This document shows, in pieces, positions 26,395-34,645 of a DNA stretch of 44,417 nt (position 1 is its first letter; every line of letters starts with the position of its first letter). The position numbers and the translations under genes were made by a program. A model generated the notes under the pieces. It was not told the origin of the DNA. It saw only the letters and a list, made by a program, of their open reading frames with translations, and searched no databases. This DNA comes from a virus. The DNA lies in the IMG/VR virus record IMGVR_UViG_3300037424_000618, positions 1 to 44,417 of that record; one strand, written 5' to 3'.

Positions 26395-28056
26395 TTATTC
26401 GTCCTCCAACTTATTACCCTTAGGAATGGTTTGCAGATTGGCTCCAGTTCCAAAGACAGAAATCTTGGAGTTGAAGCGAAAGGTTTCAGGGCCAGCTATC
26501 CCATACGAGCATCTGATACGTTTGTCCGGGTCAAGCTTGGCATCGGCAAAGTTGGATTTGAAGATGCCAAGGGAACGGTACTCCTGCAGCTTGGTAATGA
26601 GCGGGCGGAGTGCGGGCTCTTTCTGGGCAATCGCTTCCAGGGCCTTATCATCCGTCGTAACGGACTTGGTCTTTTTGTGCCGCTGTACCGGCGCGTTTAG
26701 GTCATTATATAACACGTCGGCTAGTTGTTTTGGTGACCGATACCACGGCGATGCGTTTTTCTTAGTCACCCGCCAATCTACCATAGACTCGAACCATTGC
26801 TCGTGGCCAGTCATGGCCTCCCAGAGTTGCATGGTCATGGCATTTTTATACTGGGTGTCGATACGGGTTCCACGCAGCATCATCTTGAGAACAGGGATGA
26901 ACAGGTCCATCAGGAAATTAAATTGCTCGTGGAGGTTGAAGTGGGGAATAAGTTGTATTTCCTTCTCCGCTACCTCATAGGTAATCACACAGTCCTTGGC
27001 GTTATATTTCCAGTACTTATGTTCGTCATCAGGATATTTCGTGTAATCCTTTACGTCGTCTTTCCAGTACTCATGGTGGTCACAAAGCATAGAGGAAAGG
27101 AAGTCGAGGGACTTGGGTTCGCCTGGGAACAGGGCGTGCCAGCCAATCATGGTGTCAATATAAGGCCGAGCTATGAAGCCCCAAAAGCGGGCAAAGAACT
27201 GCACATCATAGAGCCAGTTTTGCCCAATGACCTGGGCGTTAGGGTGGGTGAGGATTTCTTTGTGAAGGCGAACGACCTTGACTTCATCTTCCTCTGAAAG
27301 ATAGCCGTCCATCTTTTCTCTGGATATGAGAGGGATACACATGGCCTCGCGGTTGGATATGGCAAGACCAGAGCAAGAGATATGACGACCAATAGTCTCA
27401 ATGTCCGAAGAAATCTTCATAGGGCCGAAGTCCAAATCTGCCCGAATCCCCACGAGGAAGTCAAAAATCTCATTCCTGGTTGGCTCGAGGTGGAAAAGAT
27501 AATCCGGCTTTTTAATTCCAGGAAACTCGGATTCCCGCTTCGCCCGCTTGAAATCGTTGACTACTTGGTATCTCCTAGACCACATAGCCATCACTTGGTC
27601 AGGATGATAGGTGGGGATTACTTTCCAGGTCCGTCCATTAGCATGAGGGACAGACTCGAGAGTGCTCCCCCTCCACTTGGAAGGTGACAGGTTGTTGGTC
27701 AGGAGGAAAAGAGGAAGTTCCTCTAATACGATAACCACATTGGGGTTTATCTTGTCCAGAAGATTCAAAAGCCGAATTCGCTCCTGTTGAAGTTCCGGGC
27801 TCAGAAGAGTCTTAGCCACGTTCTTCTGCTTATTCCACGCAGCAAAAAGCGTAGGGATTCGGAAGCGATTAAAGACGTGTGGCCACGCGAGGGTGAGGTA
27901 ACACTCGGACTGAATAATCCCCGCCTCGTGCAGCATCTTGGTGAACTCGGAACCAGAAGAGCCAGAGAATGGCCCTCCGGAGTAATCCGAACCGCCGCCC
28001 ACGTCACCAATGATAACAATCTTGGCGTTAGGGTTTCCTCTGTCAGTAATTCTCAT
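26395..28056 (-). CDS. DNA polymerase A, N-terminal fragment (UDG-like domain, 3'-5' exonuclease, thumb/N-fingers)
   Basis: ATG 28056 with AAGGAG SD (the track start 28152 lacks one); UDG family 4-like KIVIIGDVGGGSDYSGGPFSGSSGSEFTKMLHEAGI and TYHPDQV; Exo I SSDIETIG, Exo II GQNWLYDV, Exo III YNAKDCV; ends ...ANLQTIPKGNKLEDE just before motif A. Confidence 0.85.
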   Translation of the reverse strand: MRITDRGNPNAKIVIIGDVGGGSDYSGGPFSGSSGSEFTKMLHEAGIIQSECYLTLAWPHVFNRFRIPTLFAAWNKQKNVAKTLLSPELQQERIRLLNLLDKINPNVVIVLEELPLFLLTNNLSPSKWRGSTLESVPHANGRTWKVIPTYHPDQVMAMWSRRYQVVNDFKRAKRESEFPGIKKPDYLFHLEPTRNEIFDFLVGIRADLDFGPMKISSDIETIGRHISCSGLAISNREAMCIPLISREKMDGYLSEEDEVKVVRLHKEILTHPNAQVIGQNWLYDVQFFARFWGFIARPYIDTMIGWHALFPGEPKSLDFLSSMLCDHHEYWKDDVKDYTKYPDDEHKYWKYNAKDCVITYEVAEKEIQLIPHFNLHEQFNFLMDLFIPVLKMMLRGTRIDTQYKNAMTMQLWEAMTGHEQWFESMVDWRVTKKNASPWYRSPKQLADVLYNDLNAPVQRHKKTKSVTTDDKALEAIAQKEPALRPLITKLQEYRSLGIFKSNFADAKLDPDKRIRCSYGIAGPETFRFNSKISVFGTGANLQTIPKGNKLEDE

Positions 28057-28276
28057 TTTCGCGCTCCTTCCGAGCTTTCCTGCGAAGTCCGAGCATGTGG
28101 GCTTTGAGGGTAAGTTCCATCTGAAAGTGCATATTCCGCTGAAGCTTCGCATGCTGCTTGTTCAACTTCGTTTTGCAGGAGTCGCACACTTCCTTAATCT
28201 CTTTGAGCTGGTAGCAATCCCGGAGTTGTTCCAAGTTACGACCAGTCTTTCCACAGATATCACAGGCCATTGTCAT
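28043..28276 (-). CDS. Small zinc-ribbon protein (77 aa)
   Basis: ATGA overlap with the methyltransferase stop; CDICG ... CDSC pairs; basic C terminus. Confidence 0.5.
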   Translation of the reverse strand: MTMACDICGKTGRNLEQLRDCYQLKEIKEVCDSCKTKLNKQHAKLQRNMHFQMELTLKAHMLGLRRKARKERENENY

Positions 28277-29628
28277 TCTCCAAAAAGAGTGTCCAGATTT
28301 ACCTCAACGGCTTCTTGCTGCTTCTCCTGTGCCGAGGGGTACTCATCCAAACGCTGGATACCATCAGCAAAGGAGACCTTGTCCAGCTCAAATGCCGTCA
28401 CCTTTACATTGCAGTAATTTGCCGCAGGAAAGATAGGGCCAGAGCCGAAGAAGCAATCGAGGACATGGTCACCTGGAAGCGCAGACCTTTCGAGAAGCTC
28501 TACATAAAGCTGTGCCGGCTTCTCAGCTGCATGACGCGGACGAAAGACACCTGGAATGTCAAGGCAGTCCGGCCCAACTTTCTGCGTCTTCTTCTTGCCC
28601 TTGCTGGCAAAGAGAATACACTCGTAGGTATAGCGAGGGCCGTGGTCGGGGTAGGGAAGCATACCGACGCTGACACCTTTGTACCAGATAAGTGGTTTCC
28701 TCCAGACCTCCCAACCTGCTTTTTGGAAGTAACCTTTCAGCTCCTCGAACCGCTCATAGGCACAGAAAAGATATGCATGTGCCTGGGACTTACAAAGGCG
28801 AAAGAGCTCGCTTGCCAGCACCGGCATGTCACGTTTCCAGGTTTCGTAGGAATCATCATACTGATGCCCTACAGCAGTCTGGCTTCCGAAATCCTGAGCG
28901 TTGATGCCGTAGATGGGGTCAGTGAGAACCACATCAACGCAATGGTTAGGCATCTTTGCCATGAGCTCAAAAGCATCTCCGTTGAGTGCGATATGCTTGT
29001 GCTCTTTTTCCTCAGCACTTTTGAGTTGAAATTCCTCCGTGAGTTTTTTCTTATGCTCCGTGTTGAGAATTTTCTCCACCGCCTTCTTTGCGTGGCTGAC
29101 AGTTTTTGCAGCTTTTACCTGCGGGTGGTCTTTGTACTTGGTAATGAGGACGGCGTCCCGGACCTTGGAAACGGCGGCGGAGGAAGGCTCTTCGTAATCA
29201 TTCAGCTCCGTTGCCGTATCACGGAAGGTCTGCTTCGGGTTGTTCATTTCCCGGAGTTCATGAAGCCGCGCGATGGCCGCCATTTCTTCCTGAACCGTCA
29301 AGCTCTCCCGTTGGAGATTCTCCACCAATTCCGCTGCGTAAATCTTGGCCTCTTCCTCGGCGGAGATTCTGGTGTACGGAACTTGGTCGAGGGGGACTTC
29401 CTCGTTGTTATAGGAAAACTTGCCTCCCATGGAATAGAGAAGGGAGATAGCGCGAAGCCGGCGTTCTCCAGCTACCAACACGTCCTCGCCCTTTCGCAGG
29501 CAGACGGCGTTGAGAAGTCCATCGTCCTGGATGGATTGAGCGAGGTCGGCCAGGGCTTCGCCGGAGAACTTCTTCCGCTGGCGGCCGGGAAGAACCTTGA
29601 TATCTTTCAGAGGAATAAAGTCAGCCAT
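28273..29628 (-). CDS. ParB-like nuclease domain fused to a beta-class N6A/N4C DNA methyltransferase
   Basis: N-terminal ParB pattern (LNAVCLRKGEDVLVAGERRLRA); motif IV VVLTDPIYG precedes motif I VLDCFFGSGP (beta-class order). Confidence 0.8.
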   Translation of the reverse strand: MADFIPLKDIKVLPGRQRKKFSGEALADLAQSIQDDGLLNAVCLRKGEDVLVAGERRLRAISLLYSMGGKFSYNNEEVPLDQVPYTRISAEEEAKIYAAELVENLQRESLTVQEEMAAIARLHELREMNNPKQTFRDTATELNDYEEPSSAAVSKVRDAVLITKYKDHPQVKAAKTVSHAKKAVEKILNTEHKKKLTEEFQLKSAEEKEHKHIALNGDAFELMAKMPNHCVDVVLTDPIYGINAQDFGSQTAVGHQYDDSYETWKRDMPVLASELFRLCKSQAHAYLFCAYERFEELKGYFQKAGWEVWRKPLIWYKGVSVGMLPYPDHGPRYTYECILFASKGKKKTQKVGPDCLDIPGVFRPRHAAEKPAQLYVELLERSALPGDHVLDCFFGSGPIFPAANYCNVKVTAFELDKVSFADGIQRLDEYPSAQEKQQEAVEVNLDTLFGE

Positions 29629-29630
29629 TG

Positions 29631-30200
29631 TTATTCACCTTTCTTTTGCAGGACGAAGACAAAGGTATCACCATCGTCAGCAAACTCTTCTGCAACTCGC
29701 TCGAAATCCGCCTTATATAGATAGCGGAAGTCAGACATTGCGGTCTTGCCAACTTGCTTCTCGTATTCGGCTTGGCTCAGGAAGGTCAGCCAGAAGGGAT
29801 GGAACAGGCGAGTATGGGACGGGTCGCCCAGCGCCCAAGGGGATTGCGGAGAGGGAACTGTGGCACAGAAATATCCACCCGGCTTGAGGATGCGAGCATA
29901 CTCGGTGAACTCGTGAAAGAAGAAGCGGTAGTCTCCCATGGAACCGAGGTGTTCCAGGACCTCATACGCATGAATCTCGTCGAAGTAGTTGTCGGCGAAG
30001 GGGAGGGACTCACCAGTATAAAAAGCTGCATGAAGGTCAAACACGAAGTCCGGCTTGTGGTCAGCGTTATAGTCCAGGGTAGTGAGGTCCTGAAAGGTCT
30101 CTGGCATATTATTCAGATAAACGCGCTTGTCACGGGCACTTCCGCAGCCAATGAGAAGCTCATGGTAATCTGCTGGCGCCTGTTGATTCTTGTTTTCCAT
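29631..30200 (-). CDS. Class I SAM-dependent methyltransferase
   Basis: ATG 30200 with GAGGAA SD (the track start 30215 has none); LLIGCGSARD (motif I-like), FDEIHAYEVLEHL, ILKPGGYF. Confidence 0.65.
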   Translation of the reverse strand: MENKNQQAPADYHELLIGCGSARDKRVYLNNMPETFQDLTTLDYNADHKPDFVFDLHAAFYTGESLPFADNYFDEIHAYEVLEHLGSMGDYRFFFHEFTEYARILKPGGYFCATVPSPQSPWALGDPSHTRLFHPFWLTFLSQAEYEKQVGKTAMSDFRYLYKADFERVAEEFADDGDTFVFVLQKKGE

Positions 30201-30224
30201 CGAAAGATTCCTCATTTAGAAACA

Positions 30225-30250
30225 AAAAAGGGAGGACCGAAGCCCTCCCA
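30225..30250 (-). terminator. Rho-independent terminator after the DUF669-like gene
   Basis: Minus strand reads GGGAGGG-CTTCGG-TCCTCCC followed by TTTTTTG; UUCG tetraloop, stem nearly identical to the capsid terminator. Confidence 0.8.
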
Positions 30251-30267
30251 AATCGAGTGCACCGCAG

Positions 30268-30705
30268 TTAGGCGGAAGTGGTCTGGGTCACGTTGGCGTT
30301 GATGGCCCCAGAATTGGGGTTCACGCTGTGCTTGACCTGAATCTTGACCACCTGCCCTTCGAGCATGGAAGGCATCCAGGGGCGACCATCATTCTGACCG
30401 ACTGCCTCACGCAGCTTGCCGAGCTTGATGTTCTTGTTCTTGCCAGCGGAGAGCAGGCCGGTGTTCTCGTCGATATCGAGCCAGATGGTCTGGCTGACCA
30501 GAACTTCTTCCATGCCGGTGAGTTCTCGGACGGAGGTGTCGTCGATGAGATACTTGACCTGCAGTGCCGGTAACTGCCTTTCGCCGAGGGTGACGGCTTC
30601 CACGGACTTGACGACCGCGGTGTACTCGTTTTCAGGGACGGGGGTATAGGAAGTTTCCAGAACGGTCTCGGTTGAGGTGTTCATGAAGTCAGCAGGGTTA
30701 AACAT
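30268..30705 (-). CDS. DUF669-like protein (putative ssDNA-binding partner of the Sak4-like ATPase)
   Basis: GAGGA SD; pattern YTAVVKSVEAV ... LEGQVVKIQVKHSVN resembles DUF669; adjacent to an AAA_24-type ATPase as is usual for that family. Confidence 0.5.
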   Translation of the reverse strand: MFNPADFMNTSTETVLETSYTPVPENEYTAVVKSVEAVTLGERQLPALQVKYLIDDTSVRELTGMEEVLVSQTIWLDIDENTGLLSAGKNKNIKLGKLREAVGQNDGRPWMPSMLEGQVVKIQVKHSVNPNSGAINANVTQTTSA

Positions 30706-30778
30706 GGGTGTATCCTCATTTTGGTTTGAAAGAAAGAAAGTTGGTTAAAGCAATAGATATAGGTCTGGGTTAGTCCTC

Positions 30779-31651
30779 CTAGCTTTGGGTTGGGATAATC
30801 GCTCCCCCGTACTCAATCCACTTTTTAACCAGCGGACCGAAGTCAGGAGGGAACTTGTTGGAAATTGGGGCATAGCGAGATTTCAACGACATGTTGTGGG
30901 TGGCGGTTGACCAATTGAACTCCGTCTCAGCGCGGACACACTGGATAACATCATCGAAGTTTCGCGGGAGTTTCGGAGCCAGCCGCCGGCCGAGAGTGGA
31001 CACCATAAGCTGAATACCGCCGGTGACCTCGTTCTTTTCAGGCTCGATGTGAGCAGTGAGTACGACGTGGCAACGAAGGTCCGTGGCGATTTTATTGATG
31101 AAGCGCTCCAGGTTATCCATCGCCACCATCCAGTCCGGCATGGACTTTGTCGGCTTGGAGCCAACTACCAAGTCCATTGACATCTGATTCAGGCCGGAGA
31201 GGGAATCAATGACGAGTACGCGGTCGGTGTCCCAGGTAGATACGTCGCCAAAGGATTCGCCTGTCCTGTCGGAAACGAAATTCGCGCAGGAAGTGAGGAG
31301 GTTGTACCACTGGCCGTATTTATTCCGATTGGCATCTGACATCTTTGCCAGCGCCTCGTAGGAAAACGTCCCGATTTTCTTGGACATATCCAGCATTACG
31401 CCCCAGTCCTGAGAAGCCTGGGAGATATACTTCCAGTGAATAGCATCCGGCGGAAGCTTCATCTCCGAAATTGCCTTGGCGAGGGTTGCCATACCGGGCT
31501 CGGTGAAAAGAACGAAAGGCTTCAGGCCGGCGGCTACCAGTGATGCTATAGCGTGGGTCTTGCCTGTTCCAGTTTCCCCCACGAGGAGTGTTTTTATGCC
31601 TGGAATTGTGTAGACCTGGGCCTCCGCGGCAAGTGCAGTTTGGTCTGTCAT
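30779..31651 (-). CDS. AAA_24 / Sak4-like RecA-fold ATPase (recombination)
   Basis: Walker A LLVGETGTGKTH, Walker B RVLVIDSLS; GAGGA SD; own promoter upstream. Confidence 0.7.
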   Translation of the reverse strand: MTDQTALAAEAQVYTIPGIKTLLVGETGTGKTHAIASLVAAGLKPFVLFTEPGMATLAKAISEMKLPPDAIHWKYISQASQDWGVMLDMSKKIGTFSYEALAKMSDANRNKYGQWYNLLTSCANFVSDRTGESFGDVSTWDTDRVLVIDSLSGLNQMSMDLVVGSKPTKSMPDWMVAMDNLERFINKIATDLRCHVVLTAHIEPEKNEVTGGIQLMVSTLGRRLAPKLPRNFDDVIQCVRAETEFNWSTATHNMSLKSRYAPISNKFPPDFGPLVKKWIEYGGAIIPTQS

Positions 31652-31688
31652 AATAAATCCTCATTGTATTCGGTGACGGGGGTATACA

Positions 31689-31717
31689 ATAATATGACAC
31701 CCCATTAAGTTTGTCAA
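31689..31717 (-). promoter_or_regulatory. Sigma70-type promoter (middle unit) upstream of the Sak4-like gene
   Basis: Minus strand: TTGACA (31717-31712), 17-nt spacer, TATTAT (31694-31689). Confidence 0.65.
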
Positions 31718-31728
31718 TAGTTTTCTTA

Positions 31729-32100
31729 TCAGATACTATCTCTAGTTCCTACTGGGTCAGCAAGTACCAAATCAATCTCACGAATGATGGCATTTAGTGC
31801 CAGACTCTCGTTCTGGTAATCATTAAATCGTTTAAGCAACGAGCCATTTCCCCCGCAGTCACTGCAACGGCTAAATTCAATGTTATGTTTGGTCCCTGGC
31901 CTGTCATTATATAATATCGCCCAGATAGTTCCACATTGCGAGCAATAGTAATCTATCGAGGACGGAATACAGGCCTGTCCCTTAACCCAATACGTCCCCA
32001 TTACTCTACTTCCATAATACACACCATTTATCTTAGTGTGAATAGTATAGGCCGATTTATTACCCTGGCTCTTGCGCATAAGCTCTTCAAATAAACTCAT
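31729..32100 (-). CDS. Zinc-ribbon protein (123 aa)
   Basis: ATG 32100 with AGGAG SD 8 nt upstream; CSQCG ... CSDCGG; AT-richer than its neighbours. Confidence 0.5.
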   Translation of the reverse strand: MSLFEELMRKSQGNKSAYTIHTKINGVYYGSRVMGTYWVKGQACIPSSIDYYCSQCGTIWAILYNDRPGTKHNIEFSRCSDCGGNGSLLKRFNDYQNESLALNAIIREIDLVLADPVGTRDSI

Positions 32101-32110
32101 AACAAAGCTC

Positions 32111-32335
32111 CTAATGGGTATTATACCCACGAGTCTTGAAGATGTTATTCAACCGCTCGAGGATAGTTTCCGTGAGTTCCTTTTTTACCCCAGAAGTAGC
32201 CTTCGTTTGAGAATAGTGAGTTCCCTCCAACAGGACTGTTTTGTCCGCGGTCCGGTGAATCCAGTAAGGAACATCAAAACCCCCGCCCTCCCTGGCGGAG
32301 GCTCTTCCCACTACAAGATAGAATCTAAGTTTCAT
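32111..32335 (-). CDS. Hypothetical protein (74 aa)
   Basis: AGGAGGT SD upstream of the ATG. Confidence 0.5.
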   Translation of the reverse strand: MKLRFYLVVGRASAREGGGFDVPYWIHRTADKTVLLEGTHYSQTKATSGVKKELTETILERLNNIFKTRGYNTH

Positions 32336-32348
32336 CTAGCCGTACCTC

Positions 32349-32429
32349 CTATTCAAACATAAAAGCTATAATGGCTACAGTAACGGCCATCCCGACAAAA
32401 TAACCAGTAACGAAGGCTAAAAAAGTCAT
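32349..32429 (-). CDS. Tiny hydrophobic peptide (26 aa), not in the ORF track
   Basis: GAGGAG SD 5 nt before the ATG; MTFLAFVTGYFVGMAVTVAIIAFMFE; its stop lies inside the SD of the next gene. Confidence 0.35.
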   Translation of the reverse strand: MTFLAFVTGYFVGMAVTVAIIAFMFE

Positions 32430-32439
32430 TGGAATCTCC

Positions 32440-32649
32440 TCAGAATTTGCCGCGAAGAAGGTTGAATCCTTCTTTCAGGTCCTTTCGGTAATCCCCGTCA
32501 AATAAGAGGAAAGCCCAGAAAGTCATACTTACGGCGGTCAGAAGAACAGCAAACTTAAACGAACGAACCTCCCACGACAGGATGATGATTCGAGAAAGAA
32601 TCAGTCCGATGCCGAAATAAGCTACCAGAAAACCGATTGCATATGCCAT
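32440..32649 (-). CDS. Small membrane protein (69 aa, two TM segments)
   Basis: GGAGAG SD; AIGFLVAYFGIGLILSRIIIL and FAVLLTAVSMTFWAFLLF. Confidence 0.55.
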   Translation of the reverse strand: MAYAIGFLVAYFGIGLILSRIIILSWEVRSFKFAVLLTAVSMTFWAFLLFDGDYRKDLKEGFNLLRGKF

Positions 32650-32651
32650 GA

Positions 32652-32918
32652 TTACTCTCCAAGTTTCGGAGTATAGCCAGCTCGTATCTGGTCAAACTCC
32701 GTCTTTATCAGTTGAATTACTTGCGCCGTCATTTCAGGCATCCAATTGCGCTCCCCGTAATGCAGTATGGCCTGGAGAAGCTCCAGTTCCACATTACTTA
32801 TCTCGTGCCGGAGTCGCCTTTTCTGGTTCTTCAGGTGACGAATTTCGTCCAGCATATCCGTTACAATCTTGTCGAAATCCTCCGCATTTGCAGTGAGTCG
32901 CTTGGTGTATTTACTCAT
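32652..32918 (-). CDS. Hypothetical helical protein (88 aa)
   Basis: ATG 32918 overlaps the stop of the 56-aa ORF (ATGA) and has an AGAGG SD; the longer track version (to 33008) starts at GTG without an SD. Confidence 0.5.
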   Translation of the reverse strand: MSKYTKRLTANAEDFDKIVTDMLDEIRHLKNQKRRLRHEISNVELELLQAILHYGERNWMPEMTAQVIQLIKTEFDQIRAGYTPKLGE

Positions 32919-33085
32919 TGGAAAAACCTCTGAAAGAGCGTCCGTTTGGGCTTGTTTACGCTGAGATAGCCTCGGCGGTAGTCTTTCAAGTTCGGGTGTT
33001 TTTTCCACCGAAAACCGAGGCCTTTTTTGGCATCACGCTGGCCCAGGGTGAACGCTGATACTCTACGCTGCGATGTCTTGCTCAT
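32915..33085 (-). CDS. Small basic protein (56 aa), not in the ORF track
   Basis: MSKTSQRRVSAFTLGQRDAKKGLGFRWKKHPNLKDYRRGYLSVNKPKRTLFQRFFQ; ATGA overlaps at both ends exactly fill the apparent gap between two genes. Confidence 0.5.
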   Translation of the reverse strand: MSKTSQRRVSAFTLGQRDAKKGLGFRWKKHPNLKDYRRGYLSVNKPKRTLFQRFFQ

Positions 33086-34020
33086 TCTTTAATCTCCTTT
33101 ACCTTATGAATTTCCAAAGGATTCCAAATTCTCTGGACGAATTCGGGCTCCAGCCAGTCTCTCCAGTTCTTCTTCTCACAGAGGGTCTTGTAAGGACACC
33201 CGCCGTACAGGGTACAGGAGGAATCGAGGTCATACTGGAAGTCCATAGTTTTCCAGGCCTCGACCATACGAAGCAGAAGTTTCTGGGTAGTTTCCAGCCA
33301 TCGGTCGATTTCCCACTGGCTTCGCATCTGAATAGAAATAGCAAACTTGAATTGGGTCTTTTGCAGGGCAATCCCGCGGGCAATTGCTCCGACTACGGGG
33401 ATTCCATACTGCTTCGCCGCCCAACAGTAGCCAGTGAATTGCGACCGAAGAGTCCACTGCCCTGCCCAAGTTGGGCCAATGGCACCTGTGGTCTTATCAT
33501 CCTCGACAAAGAGCCCTCCGTTGTACTCGGCCAGCTCGTCGAACCTCCCAGCATAAAGGATGGGATTCCCGGTGACTGGATGGCGAATGCCAGGAATCGG
33601 AATAGCGAAAGTGAATTCGACTCCGAGCCTGCCATTTACCTTCGCAGGCTTGATGTAATCCGTCTCGGGGGGCCACTCCTTTGTGGTCTCGATGAAGGCA
33701 AGGAGGATATTCCAGAGGCTCTTGGCTTCTCCCTCCATATCCTCGACTTCGATGGGCCACTCGCGCAGTCCGGCAAGGAAGCCGGCAGAAACGGAGTCCT
33801 CGTAAGATTTTCCCTCGCCATAATAACTGCGACGATAGACTTCAAGCGCTTTTGCATAAGCACCCCCGGCAACCAGATGGATGGAGGTATCCGACCTCCG
33901 CAGATGGTAGAGATATTCCAAAAGCCCCTTGTGTTCACAGGCCTTGAAAGCTGCGAGCATGGAGGAGTCTACGACATGGGGGAATTCCGGTTGCTGGGAG
34001 CAGATTTCCTTAAGATTCAT
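33082..34020 (-). CDS. PD-(D/E)XK nuclease, Cas4/RecB-like with Cys cluster
   Basis: ATG 34020 (ATGA overlap, GGAGGAAG SD); GRFDEL ... LFVEDDKTT nuclease core; one N-terminal Cys (FKACEH) plus C-terminal CTLYGGCPYKTLC suggest an Fe-S cluster. Confidence 0.7.
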   Translation of the reverse strand: MNLKEICSQQPEFPHVVDSSMLAAFKACEHKGLLEYLYHLRRSDTSIHLVAGGAYAKALEVYRRSYYGEGKSYEDSVSAGFLAGLREWPIEVEDMEGEAKSLWNILLAFIETTKEWPPETDYIKPAKVNGRLGVEFTFAIPIPGIRHPVTGNPILYAGRFDELAEYNGGLFVEDDKTTGAIGPTWAGQWTLRSQFTGYCWAAKQYGIPVVGAIARGIALQKTQFKFAISIQMRSQWEIDRWLETTQKLLLRMVEAWKTMDFQYDLDSSCTLYGGCPYKTLCEKKNWRDWLEPEFVQRIWNPLEIHKVKEIKE

Positions 34021-34385
34021 TTCTTCTTCCTCCTTCTTTCGTTGCGAGCATCGAGCTGTTTGAGGCGAAGCCGTGCCAGGTCTGCAATGGCCTGAGCTTC
34101 TTTCTGCCTGTCGGAATAGTCCCCCCAGCACCAACGCTTATAGTTGGGTGTGCCAGGCTTATCAGTTAAGCAATCTCCCGTACCTGTCCAGATTGGGCAA
34201 TACTTGCAGGTAGACTCACCCTTGTTAACCTGCATAGCATATTCACAGGCTGGGCAATTGTCGCCCATGTTTCTAGGTAGCCCTAAGTCTATAATAGCAT
34301 GGAGTTTGGCCTTTCCCGTTTCAGCTATATAGTCCCAAAGCTTTATGCTCATTTCCAGAGCTTCACGCTTCGTTAGCTTTTCCAT
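34017..34385 (-). CDS. Cys-rich hypothetical protein (122 aa)
   Basis: GGAGA SD; CPACEY ... CKYCP ... C motifs; Arg/Lys-rich C terminus. Confidence 0.55.
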   Translation of the reverse strand: MEKLTKREALEMSIKLWDYIAETGKAKLHAIIDLGLPRNMGDNCPACEYAMQVNKGESTCKYCPIWTGTGDCLTDKPGTPNYKRWCWGDYSDRQKEAQAIADLARLRLKQLDARNERRRKKK

Positions 34386-34645
34386 TTATTTATCTCCAGG
34401 TGTTCCAGCACCCCAAACTCATTCTCGGCATCATCAACAGCTCTCGATACTTGGCTAGCGTTATAATCAGCCGTATGTTGTACATCATCCTTGATAAGAG
34501 CGAAGATACGCGAAACAGCCTGGTTGGAAAGCTTAACCTCCATCTTTCCTTGTTCGCCAGACAGTTGCACGATACCAACCAGCATGTTGGGATAATCGAC
34601 GTCGTAAGTGGGCCTACGCTCAATATTCAGATTCTGGATTTTCAT
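34373..34645 (-). CDS. Hypothetical protein (90 aa)
   Basis: AAGGAG SD 8 nt upstream; overlaps the next start. Confidence 0.55.
   Translation of the reverse strand: MKIQNLNIERRPTYDVDYPNMLVGIVQLSGEQGKMEVKLSNQAVSRIFALIKDDVQHTADYNASQVSRAVDDAENEFGVLEHLEINKWKS

Noticed and set aside
28270-29724. 484-aa plus-strand ORF covering the whole ParB-methyltransferase gene in antisense
   Set aside because: The translation is Leu/Cys/Phe/Arg-rich with no motif. The minus-strand frame carries clear ParB and methyltransferase motifs, an SD and start/stop coupling to its neighbours. It is judged a shadow ORF caused by codon bias on the coding strand.
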